This document shows positions 1 to 14,662 of a stretch of 64,000 nt of DNA, piece by piece (position 1 is the first letter of the stretch; every line of letters starts with the position of its first letter). The stretch is from Adineta vaga (taxonomy: Eukaryota; Animalia; Rotifera), in assembly GCA_021613535.1 (NCBI GenBank), contig CP075493.1:10077179-10141178 (forward strand), written 5' to 3'. Position numbers and translations under genes: made by a program. The notes below the pieces were generated by a model, which worked only from the letters and a program-made list of their open reading frames with translations, was not told the origin of the DNA and ran no database searches.

Positions 1-712
1 TGCGTTAGATACATTCAAATACTTTCCTACAACTGTCAACTTCTTTCCTATCCGTGTTCAACATTTCTATACATAAACAAATGATAACGAAACAATAATA
101 AGTATCTAGTGTATCTTTCTCACGTATTCTTTAATTATAAAGTATGTTTGTCCTTGAAATAGCTTTTGTATTGTCAATATATGTACATATACACATTGAT
201 AATTGGTTCATTCATGAATCCTTTCTATATCGTATATATGTATGTTTTTCATCTGTTCAATCTCAAACAAACAATACTATTTTGAATAGACTTACTCCTT
301 CAAGATTGATAATAATAAATGCAATACTACATAGAAATAGTGCAAAACAAACACTGGCTAAAATTAGAAATAATTTGTTCACTGGTGAACAGCAAGATTT
401 GACTTTATCTGGATGTTCATGGCCATCATCGATTTGCATTTCATGTTGTTTACAAAGTTTTACACCATTCGTTTGTTCATGTCCATTGGCTTTGGCTGCT
501 GCTAAAGCTACATCATGTGCTTGATAGTTTACATCCATATGTGCTTGAAAATTTCCATCGACATTTGTTTGCTCAACTGGTTCCAATGGAATTGCTACTA
601 GCGCATCAATTGTCGAATTTTCAGATGCTACAGGTTGAACGATTTGAGGACTGAGTAACGTACCTTCATCTGGATTGATCGGTGAAGCTGATGTTAAGAT
701 GACGTTGTTCAT
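1..712 (-). CDS. Partial multi-exon gene for an unknown membrane protein. The first exon is about 283..712 and downstream exons run off the window start.
   Basis: ATG at 710-712 (minus strand). The ORF codes MNNVILTSASPINPDEG...CSIAFIIINLEG and ends in a hydrophobic helix immediately followed by a GTAAGT donor near 282-287, so coding continues beyond position 1. I recognise no family. Confidence 0.35.
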
Positions 713-1620
713 TTTCTTAGTAATGTCAGCAACAAGATTAACACAAAAACAGATTTGAAGTGAGTGTCGATATGTATATACTTTTCTTCTCTATTTCTCG
801 TCCGTTCGAACAATAGATATGAAAGAATATGACATGGAGAGAGAGTGTGTATGTGAGATAGAGAAAAGACTAGAGAAGGAGAACGAATGTGTTTCTCTCT
901 TTCTGAAATGAAAAAAGAGAGAAAGAGAAAGGAATAAACGGTCAGCTTTTTTTCCTCTCTTCTGATCATTTCGAACATATATATATATATGTATAGAATA
1001 AAGTTTGATTTAATTTGTAATCAATGAAACGGAAGATTTGAAAGAAGATAGAATGATAACTGTCTTTAGCCTTTTCTAATATCTAACGTATGTTCGAAGT
1101 GCTAATAGATTCATCCAATTATAAATACCGATGTGTTCATGTGCTCAGAGATGCACGAAAAATGTCATACATAAAACATACCATAAAATTCAATGCCAAT
1201 TAGAAGTACGAACGTATTTCGAAGCGATTACATTACGGATCAGACCTAAGCAAAAAATAACAACAACCACAACAATAGAAAAGAAGCTTTGATTTTCATT
1301 TTGATGTTTATCTTTTGCCGAAATATTTTGATTATTATCTTATAGCTGGTATCTAGGGCTTAAGTTCATATGTTGAACGAATTACTTTACACATATCAAT
1401 TACATTGTGAAGTGCATAATTAAACTAGTGTATTCCTTGAGAAGTTATATCTTAATTCTCTAAGTACATTTAATACCTTGTTCACTTTTGTTTTATCTTG
1501 TCTATTTGAAACATTATTTAAATTTTTATTATATTAATTGCGCAAATAATCTTCATATTACTTTCAAAATACAGCACAAAAAGAAAGAAAGATCAATACA
1601 TGTATTCATATAAAAACTTT

Positions 1621-4352
1621 TCAAACATCATCATCATTCGTTCCAATGAAACTAACGTCTAATGTATCTTTTCGACTCGATGCATCATCAATAGTCATTG
1701 ATCGTTTTGTTTCAGCAAGTTTTTCGACTGTTTGTAAACGTTGACCAAGCGATGCCATATTTGCAGAATATTCACCCATGAGACGTGCTAAACGTGTTTC
1801 TAAATTATCAATATTTCCTTCTAATCGTGTAACCTTTTCTGGTATTGCTGCTTCATCTTCTTGTGCAGTTTGAGCTGCTTCTTCATCTAATAGATTATCT
1901 TTTCTTAAATGAGCTTTTCCACGTTCAATTAAGGTTTCGCGTGCTGATGGATATTCAGCTAAGACTTCCCATAAATCTTGTTTTGTTAGACAAAATAAAT
2001 CAGAATATCCCACACTACGAATATTGGCAGTACGACGATTACCGGTTTTACTACCTAAAAAACGAAAACATTGATTGTAATATATATTTTTTAATGCAAA
2101 GAAAATCTAACCAGGTATATTAAGAATCGAAATTTCCCCAAAAACACTTCCTTCTTCTAAGGTAACGAATATTTTTGTTCCATCATCGGATACTACACTT
2201 AATCGACCACGTTTTATTATATACATTTCTTTTCCAATGTCACCTAGAGAAAAAGAAGATTCGTTGGAGATATGTCAAACAAATAAAATAAGTATTACCT
2301 TTTCGACAAACATAGTCTCCTGGACTGAAAATCTGTAATTTTAATCTTGTTACTAGTTCAACTAATAAGCCTGGTTGAGCTTCAGCAAAAATCGGTACTC
2401 GTTTTAATGCAGCTAGATGTACATGTATAGCAATTTCTACACGTAATTTTTGTGGTAATGCACCTTGGAAATAAAAAAATTAACAAAGAAGATGAATACA
2501 GACTAAAATATTTCGTTTTTCTTTGTTACCTAAAACCATATCTTCATTCGCAACTTGTTTTTGTAACCATAAATAATCGAACCAAGTAATAACTCGTCGT
2601 TCGAGATCTTTTCCAACTTTTCGGAAGACCATATATTGTTTAACTTGATCAACTTTTTGTCGAAAATCAGCACGAACTGCGTTCATACTTGCAATAATTG
2701 AACCGACATTTCCGACAACTATAAACATTCAATTTTTCAATGAATTTAACAAGTCTATCAATCGAACTTACTAGTAGCAAAAATGAGCACACCTGTAAGA
2801 AAATCAGCAGTGACAAATAGAACTTCAATCTAAATATATGGATAAAAAAATATCATTATAAATATTACGGTTGTTTTATAAATGCGCAGAATAAATTATC
2901 GACTAGTTGAACAGAGAAGTACAAAATTCAGATGGAGATTACAAACAATGTGATAATATATCTGTCAAATAGGTCATTTAATCTCTAAGCTATTAACCTC
3001 AATTTCTATCCAACATGCGCACGTTCTTCCGTTGACCTTTGCATGGAAAAATTTCTTATTGATAATTCTACAACTTACATCGGTTTCAGGTGGTGGAACT
3101 TCTCCAATATTCGTCAAAACAAGTGTTGACCAGAAAAAACAGTAAAGATATTGTGTTGTTAATGTATTAGCTGTTGGTTTCGTCATATTATATACCCAAT
3201 CATCACTTGAATAACCAATCCAACGACTTATAATAAAATAGAAACAAGCATTCCAATGAATGATAATAAGAATAATAATCAGTAAAGTAACCAGACGAAA
3301 AACATTTGGATGATTTGTTTGCGTTTCGACTTTATCAGAAAATTCTAATGTTCGATAAATTCGAAATAGTCGATTGAAACGTACAGCTGGTAAGAGATAA
3401 AGTTTGGGAATAAAATAAAGAAAATCCGTTGGTAATAATGAAATAATATCCAAGATAAAAGCTCGACTTTTCATATAATGTTTACCTAATTTACCAATAT
3501 CGCGAACGATTAAACCTTGTTCAAGATAACCTGAATAGAAGAGTAATAGAAGAAGATATCAATGAGATTACAACAAAACCTTTTCGTGTTTGTATACATG
3601 TATCAACAATATAACAAAAATCGCAAAGATAATCGAAAATTAACCAAACGATAAGAAGACGTTCTTGGAGAAGAAGAAAAGCACTACGACCAATGAGAAT
3701 TGTATAATTATAAAGAACAGCTAATGAAACAATTGACGACCAATAATAATAGAATGATTGTGAAGGATCTACTACCCAATTTTTACTAGAATTCAAATAA
3801 TAATCGATTTATTTCAAATAGATAAGTTATAAAATCAAACCTATTTTCATCTTGAATTGATTGAATTTTAGAAGAGGGTGCAAATTTTTCCAGAAACGAA
3901 TCTGTTCGTTGAGGAATCACTTGTCGTCCATGATTTCTTTGCATCCATCGTCGAACACGCTATTAGAAGGAAAATGAAAACACATAAAACAATAACGTTT
4001 TCTCTTTCATACAAAATGTAATATCGAGTCAAATTCCTACAACATCGAACATGCAAAATACTTACACCTATCAAATTTACTGCATTCTGAAAAGTATATG
4101 TACAGAAAAAGAAAAGAAATGAGATTGAAAACAAACCTGCGCTCGTCGAACAAGATCGTAGAAACTTGTTTCCTCTCGATGTGGTTGTTGAAGTGGTGTA
4201 TTAGCTAACGTTCGAATAACACTATCGGTTGCAGTGGATAATTCAGAATCAGGTTGTCTTGCTGAATATGCAACCGAAGGTGGTTGTGCATGATTATTCA
4301 TCACTACATACGGTGCAGTACGTCGATGTTGTCGATCTGATGGTGATCTCAT
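1621..4352 (-). CDS. Cyclic-nucleotide-gated cation channel alpha subunit, about 7 exons. Exons include 4137..4352, 3851..3959, about 3521..3796, about 3014..3474, about 2700..2750, and C-terminal exons down to 1621.
   Basis: S1-S6 transmembrane core with a CNG-type pore ([12 protein letters not shown]). C-linker present. cNMP-binding domain (GEISILNI...[17 protein letters not shown]) and a C-terminal coiled coil. Exons are joined by GT..AG introns of 50-70 nt. Confidence 0.9.
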
Positions 4353-6493
4353 CTGGATCGAATATTTTCACGAAATTTTCAAAATCATATAGAATATCTA
4401 GAAGAAATAGAGAACCTTTTCTAGTTCTTTAATACAAATAAGATTAAAATAACACTGTTGATTATTCATTTTATCGAATATCCTTTTTCTCGGGGATAAA
4501 TATGAGGGAAAAAAAAGAGAGAGAGCAAAGCATCGAACGTATACTTCAATTCATTCTTGCTCGATGGACTATTGTCACACATAATTCTAAAAGATATTCC
4601 GGTTTGACAATGTCGCTCGTGCGTGATGATGTTCTTTCGTCAGCGTGCGCATACTCACTTACAAACACATTTTCTCATTTTTCTTATTTTCTATTTCTTC
4701 TTTTCTTAGAAAGAAAAAGAAGAAAAAGAAGTAGAAGAAGAAGATCCCTTTTCTTTTCCCTTTTTAACGCAATATTTTACTACTACCTGTAAAAAGGGAT
4801 GAGACGTGATGCATCAATGCTATTTTAATTTCCTTTTCTTATGACGACTGAAAAGATAGCGAGGGAGGAGAGAGAGACAGAGAAAGAGAAATGACATGGT
4901 TACTTCTGATAGTTGTCATGGAAAACTTTGCGGCTGTCCTTTCTTCTGATACTTACATCAAACGAATTATTTTTCCAATATTGTAATCCTATCCTCGACA
5001 GTTGTGTTGTTCCTTCAATAACTGACATTTCGAAAAAAATATTGGCAAGAAACAGAAAAAAAAGACATAAATGAATTCATAACTTGGTAACCTTTTCAAT
5101 ACATACATCAGATTGAATAGAAAGTAGTAAATTAATTGAAATTAAACTTCAAAAGATTAAAATCATAACTTTACAGATGTCATTACTTATCTATTCTATC
5201 TCAAGAATATCAATGGCGAATGAAAATTGGACTGAAATTTCATATTTTTTTATTGTAACTGTTTTGTAGGTCAATTATGATCATTGTCAATAACAGTATT
5301 CAATGATTGTTCTATTTCGAAAACAAATCGTTTCATGGTATTATCGAGACATTGTTGAAGAAATCTTCTTTAGTTTAGTAAATGAAGCATTAGATGTATC
5401 CATACAGTTTTAGTTGACGAATTTTTGACATGGACAATTTGTATAACTAACGTGTATAAATCATTCACATTTTACATATGTAATTTGACAGATTTGTACT
5501 GTCAACTGACGATGAGATTTTACATTGATTAGTCTTATATATCGGCTAAGAATCAATTGAAAATTAGGATAAAATTTGAATAAGATTTTATGGTATTGTT
5601 TCTCGGTTAATAATATCAATAATCATATGTCAACAAGCAATTTATTCTCCATCTATTTCGTGCAAATATAAAATAGATGATATTGTTGAGTTAATCGGTT
5701 TCTACATTTTTCTCTTCTAATTGTTATCAGAGAAAAATTCGATGAATTTATTCTTTTTTAAGAAATATCGAGGGTTGATATGATCAGATTAAATTTCGAA
5801 TATTCATTCTGTTCGTGATTAAAAATGTTCGATAGAAGGTCAAAAGTGTATACACACACATATGCAGAAAGAAAATATCGTTGGAAAAGAACAGAGAAGG
5901 GAAGTTCTTTTTCTCACGTCGAAAGATACAAAAAAAAGACAGTCGTATACAAACTAGATAAGATTATTGAGATTGTCCTTGGGAAGAACTATACCATATG
6001 GCGTGATACTCGTTTACAATAGGTTTTGGTTCAAAGAACTCATTGTCATTTTTAATAGTAAGAACAGATAAGTAATGTATCATTAAGACTTTGATTCTAC
6101 CAGAGAATGTATAGACATAAATTCAATTGGTGGTAAAATAGAAGACGATAGTGATATAGTTTTTATTTTTGCCAATTTCATTGATATGTGTGTTGATATG
6201 TTATAATATATATATATACATCTTTTTACTCCTAGTTGATATTCTCAATATAAAACAAAACAAAGTGTGAAAAGAAAAATAGATATCGACCTCGAATGCT
6301 GCACTAGTTGTTGTGATGACGTGAATGACATAGGGACGCAACAATGTGAAGAAGTTCTTATCTTTTATTCTCTATTAGTTATGTTGAAGATGAAAGTACA
6401 GAAAATAGACCACAATTATACCTTTATTCTGCTTATGTTTTTCACAATATCTTTTTGAATATTGTTATTATTATTTTCAGTAAACTTCCAAGA

Positions 6494-9400
6494 ATGACTC
6501 AACATGGACTTATCAATAGTGATACAGATGATAATCATAGACAAGATCAACTGGGTAAGTCATAGTAATTGTTTTGTTCTTTAAATGCAATTCAATATCT
6601 TCCGTTAAATATTTCTATATGAAAAAAAAACAAACAACATAATCAATATCAGATGTTGAAGTTTTTATCTTTTCATAGAATCGATGTCATCACAACCAAA
6701 TTCTCAACGTCGCCGTCGTGCAACAACACTAAATTCATTTGCTTCATCTGTTGTGACGAATATCGTTAAACGACCACGTTGGTGTTTTCGGTATGTATGT
6801 AGTACATGTGCGACATCTTGTGTTATGTTTCTTTTGATATCAAAAGATAATTTTGAGTTAAAGAGTCATCGATTAATCATCAATAGTATTTACTTGAAAA
6901 TATTTTCTTTCGAAAAAAAAGAAGAAGATTTTGTTTATCATGGTTAAGAATAACATTTCATTGGTTAAGCGTTATCAAATACATGTAAGAGATTCATTTT
7001 TCAATGTCTTGTCTCTTTCTGTCTGTTGTGCTTGTCAATATAAATCACCCCATTTTGATCATCCGATCAAAATTGTATTTTTATTGTTGTTCTTGAAACA
7101 TATCAAAGTCCTTGAGATGTTTTATTTATATGTATATAATGCAATTCTTAATAATAATAAGAACGCTTCGTTTTTCATTGATTCATCTAGGATGGAATGA
7201 AAAAAAAGCATAGATAACAACACACAATGTTACTAATAGCAGAAATAATCTCATGTTTTCATTTCATACGCCTTCATTTAGTATGTGTTCTATACATTGC
7301 ATAGGAACATTGAAAAAGATATTGAGACAATTATTTCTTTTCTTTTCGTTTCTTTTTTTTATTTTGAAGAATAGATAGAGATATTCAGTTAAGTATTCGA
7401 CCTCGAACGAACAATGTCATTCTTTCGTTGTTTTCTTCGAGTTAAGGACCGAATAAGAAGCAATTAAACGTTCAAATTAATCTGTTTTTTTCTTCTTCTT
7501 CTTCAAGAAATAATCGGAAAAATAAACAATATCATTCATCATAGATATTTTCTTTAGCCCACTTTCTTTTCTTTCCTATAGAGAACGACATACACACATA
7601 TTTCCTATCTGTTTTTTTTCCTTTCCAAAATTCTGTTTTGTTTCTTTCTTCTACTTGTCTTATATTCTCCGAAGAGAATAGTATCAAGAAATGCAATCAT
7701 TAGATTTCCTTTTTCCTCATGTGATTTGAGAGAAATGATGCATCTTTTTCTTATTAAATTGAAAATCGAGCTTGTCATACAATTCCACTTATCAAACATA
7801 TGCTACTCACCATCAATTTGTTTATCTTTTCTAGATCTGCTATTATTGTCTTCTGTCTACTAAATTGTTCCCTTACCTCATTTTTTTCCGTTTCATTTAT
7901 TCATATGTTTTGATAATTTCTTCTTTTGTATTAAACAATTACCAATATGTATGACGCAGGGGCGTATTTTTATAAAAAGTAAGCAGATTTTATTATCAAT
8001 TTAATTGAACCTTTAGGTGAAAAGAAAAACCATATGAAATAATGATAGGTTTGATTTCTCTTTCATACACACACTTTCTATTCCATCAGACAGGGTGTAC
8101 ATTCAATCTTTAATAAGAACAGATGGTTATTCTAATGACATATCAGGTAGATATGTATGATATTTATTCTAATATAACTAACTTTGGTTATTGAGAGCAT
8201 GAAACAACTAACAATAAACTAAGTGATACTATTACCTACATAAAATATTTATTTCTCATCTTGTTTTTATGTATAATTATCTTTATTTTACCTTTTTTTA
8301 AATATATATATAAAGACTAAATCAATCGACCATGAAGGTTTCTATCGTTCGATAATCGGCTGATGTATACCTTTCTCATACATTAAACATACCTCGTGAC
8401 TTAGAAAACAACAAAATAGAAGAGAAGAAAATATTTTTGTCATTTAACATGAGTTTTACGGAATGGGAGGAAGCAGTAACTGCACGAATAGGACATTATA
8501 TTACGAAATTAATACTATGGTTGGTCTAGAATTATATTCAGGTCTTTAATATTGTTTTTACTTCATTTATAGGTATTCAACATTCGTAGTTAAATATTCA
8601 TGGTGCTTCCTATTACTTGGATCGACCATATGTATTGGTCTTGGCTTATCAGCAGTACTATTACGAGATTTACCAGATTTCAATGATCCGACGAAAGTAA
8701 AATCGATTTTCATGTGTGTGTTCAATATGTATGCAAATCTATTTATTTGTAGGGTTTTATTCCACGTGGTAAGCATACATTAACATCACGTTTGTTTGTA
8801 TTGGAAAAATTAAAAAATGAACTGGATAAACAATTAGCGGCAGCAAGGATTATTAATAAGAGTAAATTATCTGTGGCAACAAAATCGCCTCTTTCAAGAA
8901 ATCAAATGAATACATACAACGATGACAATGATGATGATGATGATTTTGATTATGAAGATCCTGTCAGTATGATGAATCTTCTCGAAGATTTAAGATTTAA
9001 TCCAAATGATTGTGCCTTTTTATCACCAAGTCAAAATCAATGTTTAACTAATACACAGGTCTATTCATTATTACGAAATCGAACGGATCTTATGAAAATA
9101 TCGAAAAAAATTGAAAAACAACTTCACAAACCTAATGAACATATATGTACATCAATTGATCTAAGTATGTATTCATTCTTTTCATTAACTTCATGATAGT
9201 TATCAAGCATTTAATACGAATCTTAAAGAAAAAAGAATGGAATTTATACTTGTTTTTTTTCTTCTTAAGATCGTCATTATGAAGTCTATTTTGAAGCAAC
9301 TGATAGATCTTCTCCAAATTTATTATCACTTGATAATCTATTATCATTATGTAAAAAACAAACTGAACTTGTGAATCTATTTCAAGTTCATGCAACATGT

Positions 9401-12400
9401 CATTATACATTACCGGAAATGGTCGCGTATTTTGCTAATAAAACTGATTGTAATGAAATAACTGAAAAAGATATTCAATCATTCATCGTTCGTCTTCAAC
9501 GTTGTCATCAAATTTATGATTCTGGTTTAGTTCGTTTAGCTGGTTTAAAACGTTATCGAATGAAACCATTAGAATTATTTCAATATGATTCATGTTTTTA
9601 CAATAATTTTACCTTTCTTAGTTTGGAATATCTCTTAGATAAAACATTTCTAACAACAAATGAAACTTATTATACAGCTATGTGGTTTTTAAAACCAACT
9701 TTACCAATGAAAGATGTCAATGGTAGTGAAATTCATACATCTGATTCAGCTTATGATTTATTCATTCAACATTTTTATCGAAATTTTAAATTTGATGATA
9801 GACATACAAGAATAGCAGCATTGAATTTTTTGGATATTCGAATACCAACGGCAATGAAACAAATTCGTGTTGATATGTTTTTTGTTATTTTAGCTATTTC
9901 ATTAATTGTTGCCGTAAGTTGAGAAGAATTGATTTTGTTTTTCTTTCTTTTTTTACTATTGAAAATTCATTTAGGTTACTATAATTTATCTTCGTTCAAT
10001 AACTGTTGCTTTAATGACAAATATATGTGTTGTTCTTTCATTTGCTTGTGCATATTTTGCATATAAAATTATTCTTGGTATTGATCTTTTTCCATATATT
10101 AATTTGATGTCATCATTTATCTTAATTGGTATATCGTGTGATAATGTTTTTGTTATATTTGATGCATGGTATTCGGAAAAATTAGATATTTACAATGAAG
10201 CACGTTTACAAAATCGTCAAATTGAATTCTATGGTAAATTAACTGAAAAACAAGAAAAACAATATCGTCGTGATCGAGATTATACGTCGTCGATTGTTCG
10301 ACGACGTTTAACAGCAAAACATGATGCCGATCAGCCACCATTACAAGAAGGTGAAGAAGAAGAACATTTTGATTCAATTAAAAATACTGATCTTGTTCGA
10401 ATAATGAAAGTTAATGAAAATCAAATGATTCAAATGATGGAAGGTGTTCTGAGACATGCTGCTGCAAGTGTTTTTGTTACAAGTTTTACTACATCAGCTG
10501 CCTTTTTCACTAATATGATATCACGAATTGCTTACGTACAGTTATTTGGTTTATTTATGGTAAGTTCATTGATAATTTTATGGATAGTTTGAGATGGTCA
10601 AATTTGATTAGTCTTGTCAGTTGATACAATGAAATTGACGAAATACTATCGTATAAATTCTCATCAATTTTACTTTTTATTCATAGGGTCTTTGTATATT
10701 ATTTAATTTTCTAATGAACATAACTATGATTGTATCATTCGTGATAATCTATGAAAAATTTTGTGAACCCTTATCTGCACGTCTTGGTTTATTCAATCAT
10801 TTTCCTGATTTATTTGATAAAATTATGTTAACTTTAACACGTCTTAATCATGCAATTTTTACTGTTTATATTCCACGATTAATAATCAAGCTTCGTTTTA
10901 TTTTAATAATCATTTTCTTTATTCTCGGTGTCTCTGGTTTATTTCTCGTTTTTCATAATCCAAAATTAACTCCACCGAAATCTCGTCGATATCAATTCTT
11001 TCAATTAACACATCCATTTGAACGTTTTGAATATCAAATGCGTGATGAATTTCTATCATATATCAATGAAGATAAAGATAATGTAACCAATCCAGTGTTA
11101 ATATTTGCATTTGGAGTAGAAGAAACTGATTTAGTACATCCATTCTATCCTGATAAACAAAACTATGTTGATAATGAAACAATAATTTATAATAAAAAAA
11201 TTGATTTTTATGATCCAAAAGTATTACGATGGTTTGATACATTTCTAAAAGATCTTAATCGAAGTGAATTATTTACTAATGTACAAGAAACTTATGAACA
11301 ATGGTTAACTATTGGTAAGAAATAGATAAAATATTAATTTACTTCATATTTATGATTGTTTAGGCAGTTTATTACGTGGATTTTTGAATACAAATGCAAG
11401 AAATTATTCTCCATTTAGTGAAAATGAATTTTTTGTACCACCAACACGAAATGCAACCAAAATTGCAATGAATCGTTTATTTAAATTCTTTAGTGAATCC
11501 AATCAACTTGCATCCGGAGGTGATAGTAATCGTGGTAGTGTTGATTTTCGTCTGGGATTTTTACCCGATGCTAAAACACGTAATTTACGTGCCTTCATAT
11601 TTATCGTGAATATGAATGTTACATTTAATACATATACTGTTCAACATGATTATTATAAAAAGTTACACGATTATTTTGAACAACGTTTACAACAATTAAA
11701 ACTTTCGGAAGGTGTTCATGGACATGTTTATGAACAAGTTAAACACGGGTAGGAAAACTTTCGAAGCGTTCGTTTGTCGATCTTTTCTACGGAGTCAAAA
11801 CTTATGGAGAGATTCATTTTCATTTAAAACACATACTTATGATGTTCTTTTTGTTTTAGTTGGTTTGTTTCACCTCAATTTTTATTCTATGATTTAATGC
11901 GTGAAGTTATACGTGGAACCTATACATCTTTAATATTTTCAATGGTCTTTGCTTTTGTTGTACTTCTTTTGACTTCTGGAAATATTATTATAACATTATA
12001 TGCTATTCTAACAATTATATTTATCATTGCTGATACAGTTGGAATCTTTGTTTTATGTGGATGGGAATTAAGTATTCTTGAAACAATTATTATTATAATG
12101 AGTGTCGGTCTCAGTGTTGATTTTAGTAAGATTGAATAACGAATAACTTTTTCTAATCTATTCATTTCATTTTCTATTAGCTGTACATTATGGTGTTGCT
12201 TATATAAAAGCAGATTGGAAAAGAAATCAAGCACATAGTCGACGAACATCTAATGCATTGAAACTTCTTCATTCAACAAATGCAAATCCAGACGAACATT
12301 TTTCAATAGAACAAGTTTCTGAGCAACAAAAAACTCAACCAACTAAACCGTCAATATTTACTCGTATGAAAATTTGGCATCGACGAGGCAATCTTCAACG

Positions 12401-12798
12401 ATTTCGTCGAATTAAAAATAGTCTTATTCGTGTTGGATCAGCTGTCTTCATAGCTAGTTTAACTTCCTTTCTTGCTGGTGTATCAATGGCACCAAGCAAA
12501 TTAACATCATTTTCTCAAATGGGTTATTTTCTTATGTTAATTATGTTTGTTAGTTGGTTATATGCTACATGGTTCTTTCTTCCATTACTTTCATTTCTTG
12601 GACCAATTGATAAATTTGGTGATATACCGTAAGTGATATTTTTCTCTACGTAATCATTTCTATTTTTTGAAAACTAGATTTGGTAAATTATTTCGTTGTG
12701 GTAAAACGTCATCTTTACCTGTCATACAAACAGTAACAACTAATGACGATGACCAGCTACAATCAAAAGAGAAATTCACTGACGGACAAGCACTTTAG
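6494..12798 (+). CDS. Dispatched-like sterol-sensing-domain (RND/Patched superfamily) transporter, at least 12 exons. The first two exons are 6494..6556 and 6684..6790, followed by a roughly 1.8 kb intron, then exons from 8569 to 12798.
   Basis: N-terminus is ...RPRWCFR|YSTFVVKYSWCFLLLG...LPDFNDPTKGFIPRGK, Dispatched-like. Sterol-sensing-domain signature LIGISCDNVFVIFDAW. Second TM bundle with SVGLSVDFS..HYGVAY. All junctions have GT..AG with consistent phase. Stop TAG at 12796-12798. Confidence 0.8.
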
Positions 12799-13448
12799 TT
12801 CATCTTTTTTCTTTCGTTTTTATACCACTTGTCTTTCGTTAATCTCGAAAAGAAATATCTAAATTAACATCCATTGAAACATCTTTCTCTAGGTGCTGTT
12901 TTGTAGTTGAATCAGATAATCGCCTTTTTTTGGTATTTAGAAACCAAAGATAAGAAATATCTTCCTAATTGTCTTCTGCATTTCTTTTCCTCTCTTTTGG
13001 TTGGACACGTGCAATAAACATACATACAACTTTCAATCGTCTACATACGTGTCTTCGTTGTTTTCTTCTTTTTCTTCTTCATTTCATCTTATTTTATTAG
13101 AGAATGTTTGCTTTTCTTCTAAATGTATCCATGCATGTCTGTATTGTTGTTTTTTTACTCATTTTAAATGTATGTATTCTGTCAAATGTTGGTAGTCGTA
13201 AAAAATATTCTAATTAATAGTGGTAAATTTTGTCTTCAATTTCGTTTGTCTTCCTTATCTTTGAGTAAAATATATTCTATGATTATGTTTATAAACGAGT
13301 TATTTGAAATTTTATGAATTATTTTGTGATTAGTTAATTACTATGTGTAGTTTAGTTGAATATTATTATATGTATATGTTTTCTTAATTGAAACCAAACT
13401 ACTTCATGATATGAATATATTTCGTTATTAAGAAAAAAACAAAATGTT

Positions 13449-14662
13449 TTAATTTTGAGCAAGTTCATGAATTTTCTTTATGAATTGATCAATATCATCT
13501 TCAGTTGTATCAAATGAACACATTAATCTAACTTCACAATTTTTTCTTCTCCACATATAAAATGGAAAGATTGCAGATAAAGGTTCATACCATTCTCGAG
13601 GAATTTCTAAAAAAATTGCACCGGTTTGAACGGGTTTCGTTATACGTATCAATGATTTATTATTCTTCAAAGGAATTGATTCCAAACGTTTTTTTAATAA
13701 TTGTGCCATGGAATTCGAATGTTCACTTGATTTTTTCCATAGATTATTTTGAAGTAAAGTTAAAAATTGCACAGCTATAAATCGTTGTTTAGAAGCTAAT
13801 TGCATGACTTGTTTATGACGAAATTTTAATGGATCATTGGTATCACCACCAGCTTTAAGTAATGATGGATTGAAAACAATTACTGCTTCACCATACATCA
13901 TACCAGCCTAGATAGAAGAGATGTTTATATTGATTAAGTTTTTAATTTGATGAAATATTTACTTTAGTACCACCTAATGAAAGAATATCAACTCCGACAG
14001 CTGTTGTTATATCTTGAAGATTACAATTCAATGATGAAACTGCATTGAATAAACGTGCACCATCCATATCTAGAATGAAATTTGAGTAAGAATTATCTTT
14101 AGAAAAAGGAAAAGGTTTTTTTACGAAAATATAAATTATTTTTCTTTGCTAAGGCAGATAATTGTTTAAGTTCATCGATTGTATAGACTGTTCCATATTC
14201 CGTTGGTTGTGCAATTGATATCATTCTCGGTTGAGCAGCATGCATATCACCAATACAATCAAGTTTTTCTTCGATTTTCTCCAAAATTATTTTACCATTT
14301 TCATCTGTTGGTATTGATATTAATCGTACACCAGTGACAGTTTCTGGTGATGATGATTCATCCGTAATTATATGTGAAATATCCGAACAAATGACAGCAT
14401 GATATGAATGTGTGCAAGCAAGTATTGACAATACATTAGCACCAGTACCATTAAAAACAAAAAAGACGCCAGGTATTGAATCATCATCTTCTGAAGAATT
14501 AAAGACTTGTTTAATAACATGTCGTGCTTCTTCAGTAATATCATCATGACCATAGGCACGTGCATGTGATCTTGATTGAGCTTCTTTCACTAATGCAGAC
14601 ATTATTTCAGGTAATACTCCAGCATAATTATCCGATGCAAACGTACGTAATATATTCGTCAT
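13449..14662 (-). CDS. Low-specificity L-threonine aldolase, bacterial LtaA-type (PLP-dependent, Beta_elim_lyase family), 3 exons: 14099..14662, about 13905..14080, 13449..13900.
   Basis: N-terminus MTNILRTFASDNYAGVLPEIMSAL...FVFNGTGANVLSIL...HVDGARLFNAV...GGTK. It is collinear with Pseudomonas-type LtaA (FASDNYSG...FAFNGTAAN...HMDGARF..GGTKNG). Two short GT..AG introns. Confidence 0.85.

Noticed and set aside
4502-7200. Several 60-100 aa track ORFs (4502..4792, 5825..6022, 6267..6458, 6931..7200)
   Set aside because: They are low-complexity and purine- or pyrimidine-rich, lack splice context, and have no family resemblance. 6931..7200 lies inside the long Dispatched intron.
10153-10377. Antisense ORF inside a Dispatched exon, and similar antisense ORFs at 28403..28594, 32463..32714, 53150..53353 and 55249..55434
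   Set aside because: They are shadow ORFs opposite strongly supported coding exons.
14368-14565. Histidine- and Met-rich 65-aa ORF inside the threonine aldolase exon, on the same strand but in a different frame
   Set aside because: It is an alternative-frame artefact. The aldolase frame is validated by family-wide motifs.
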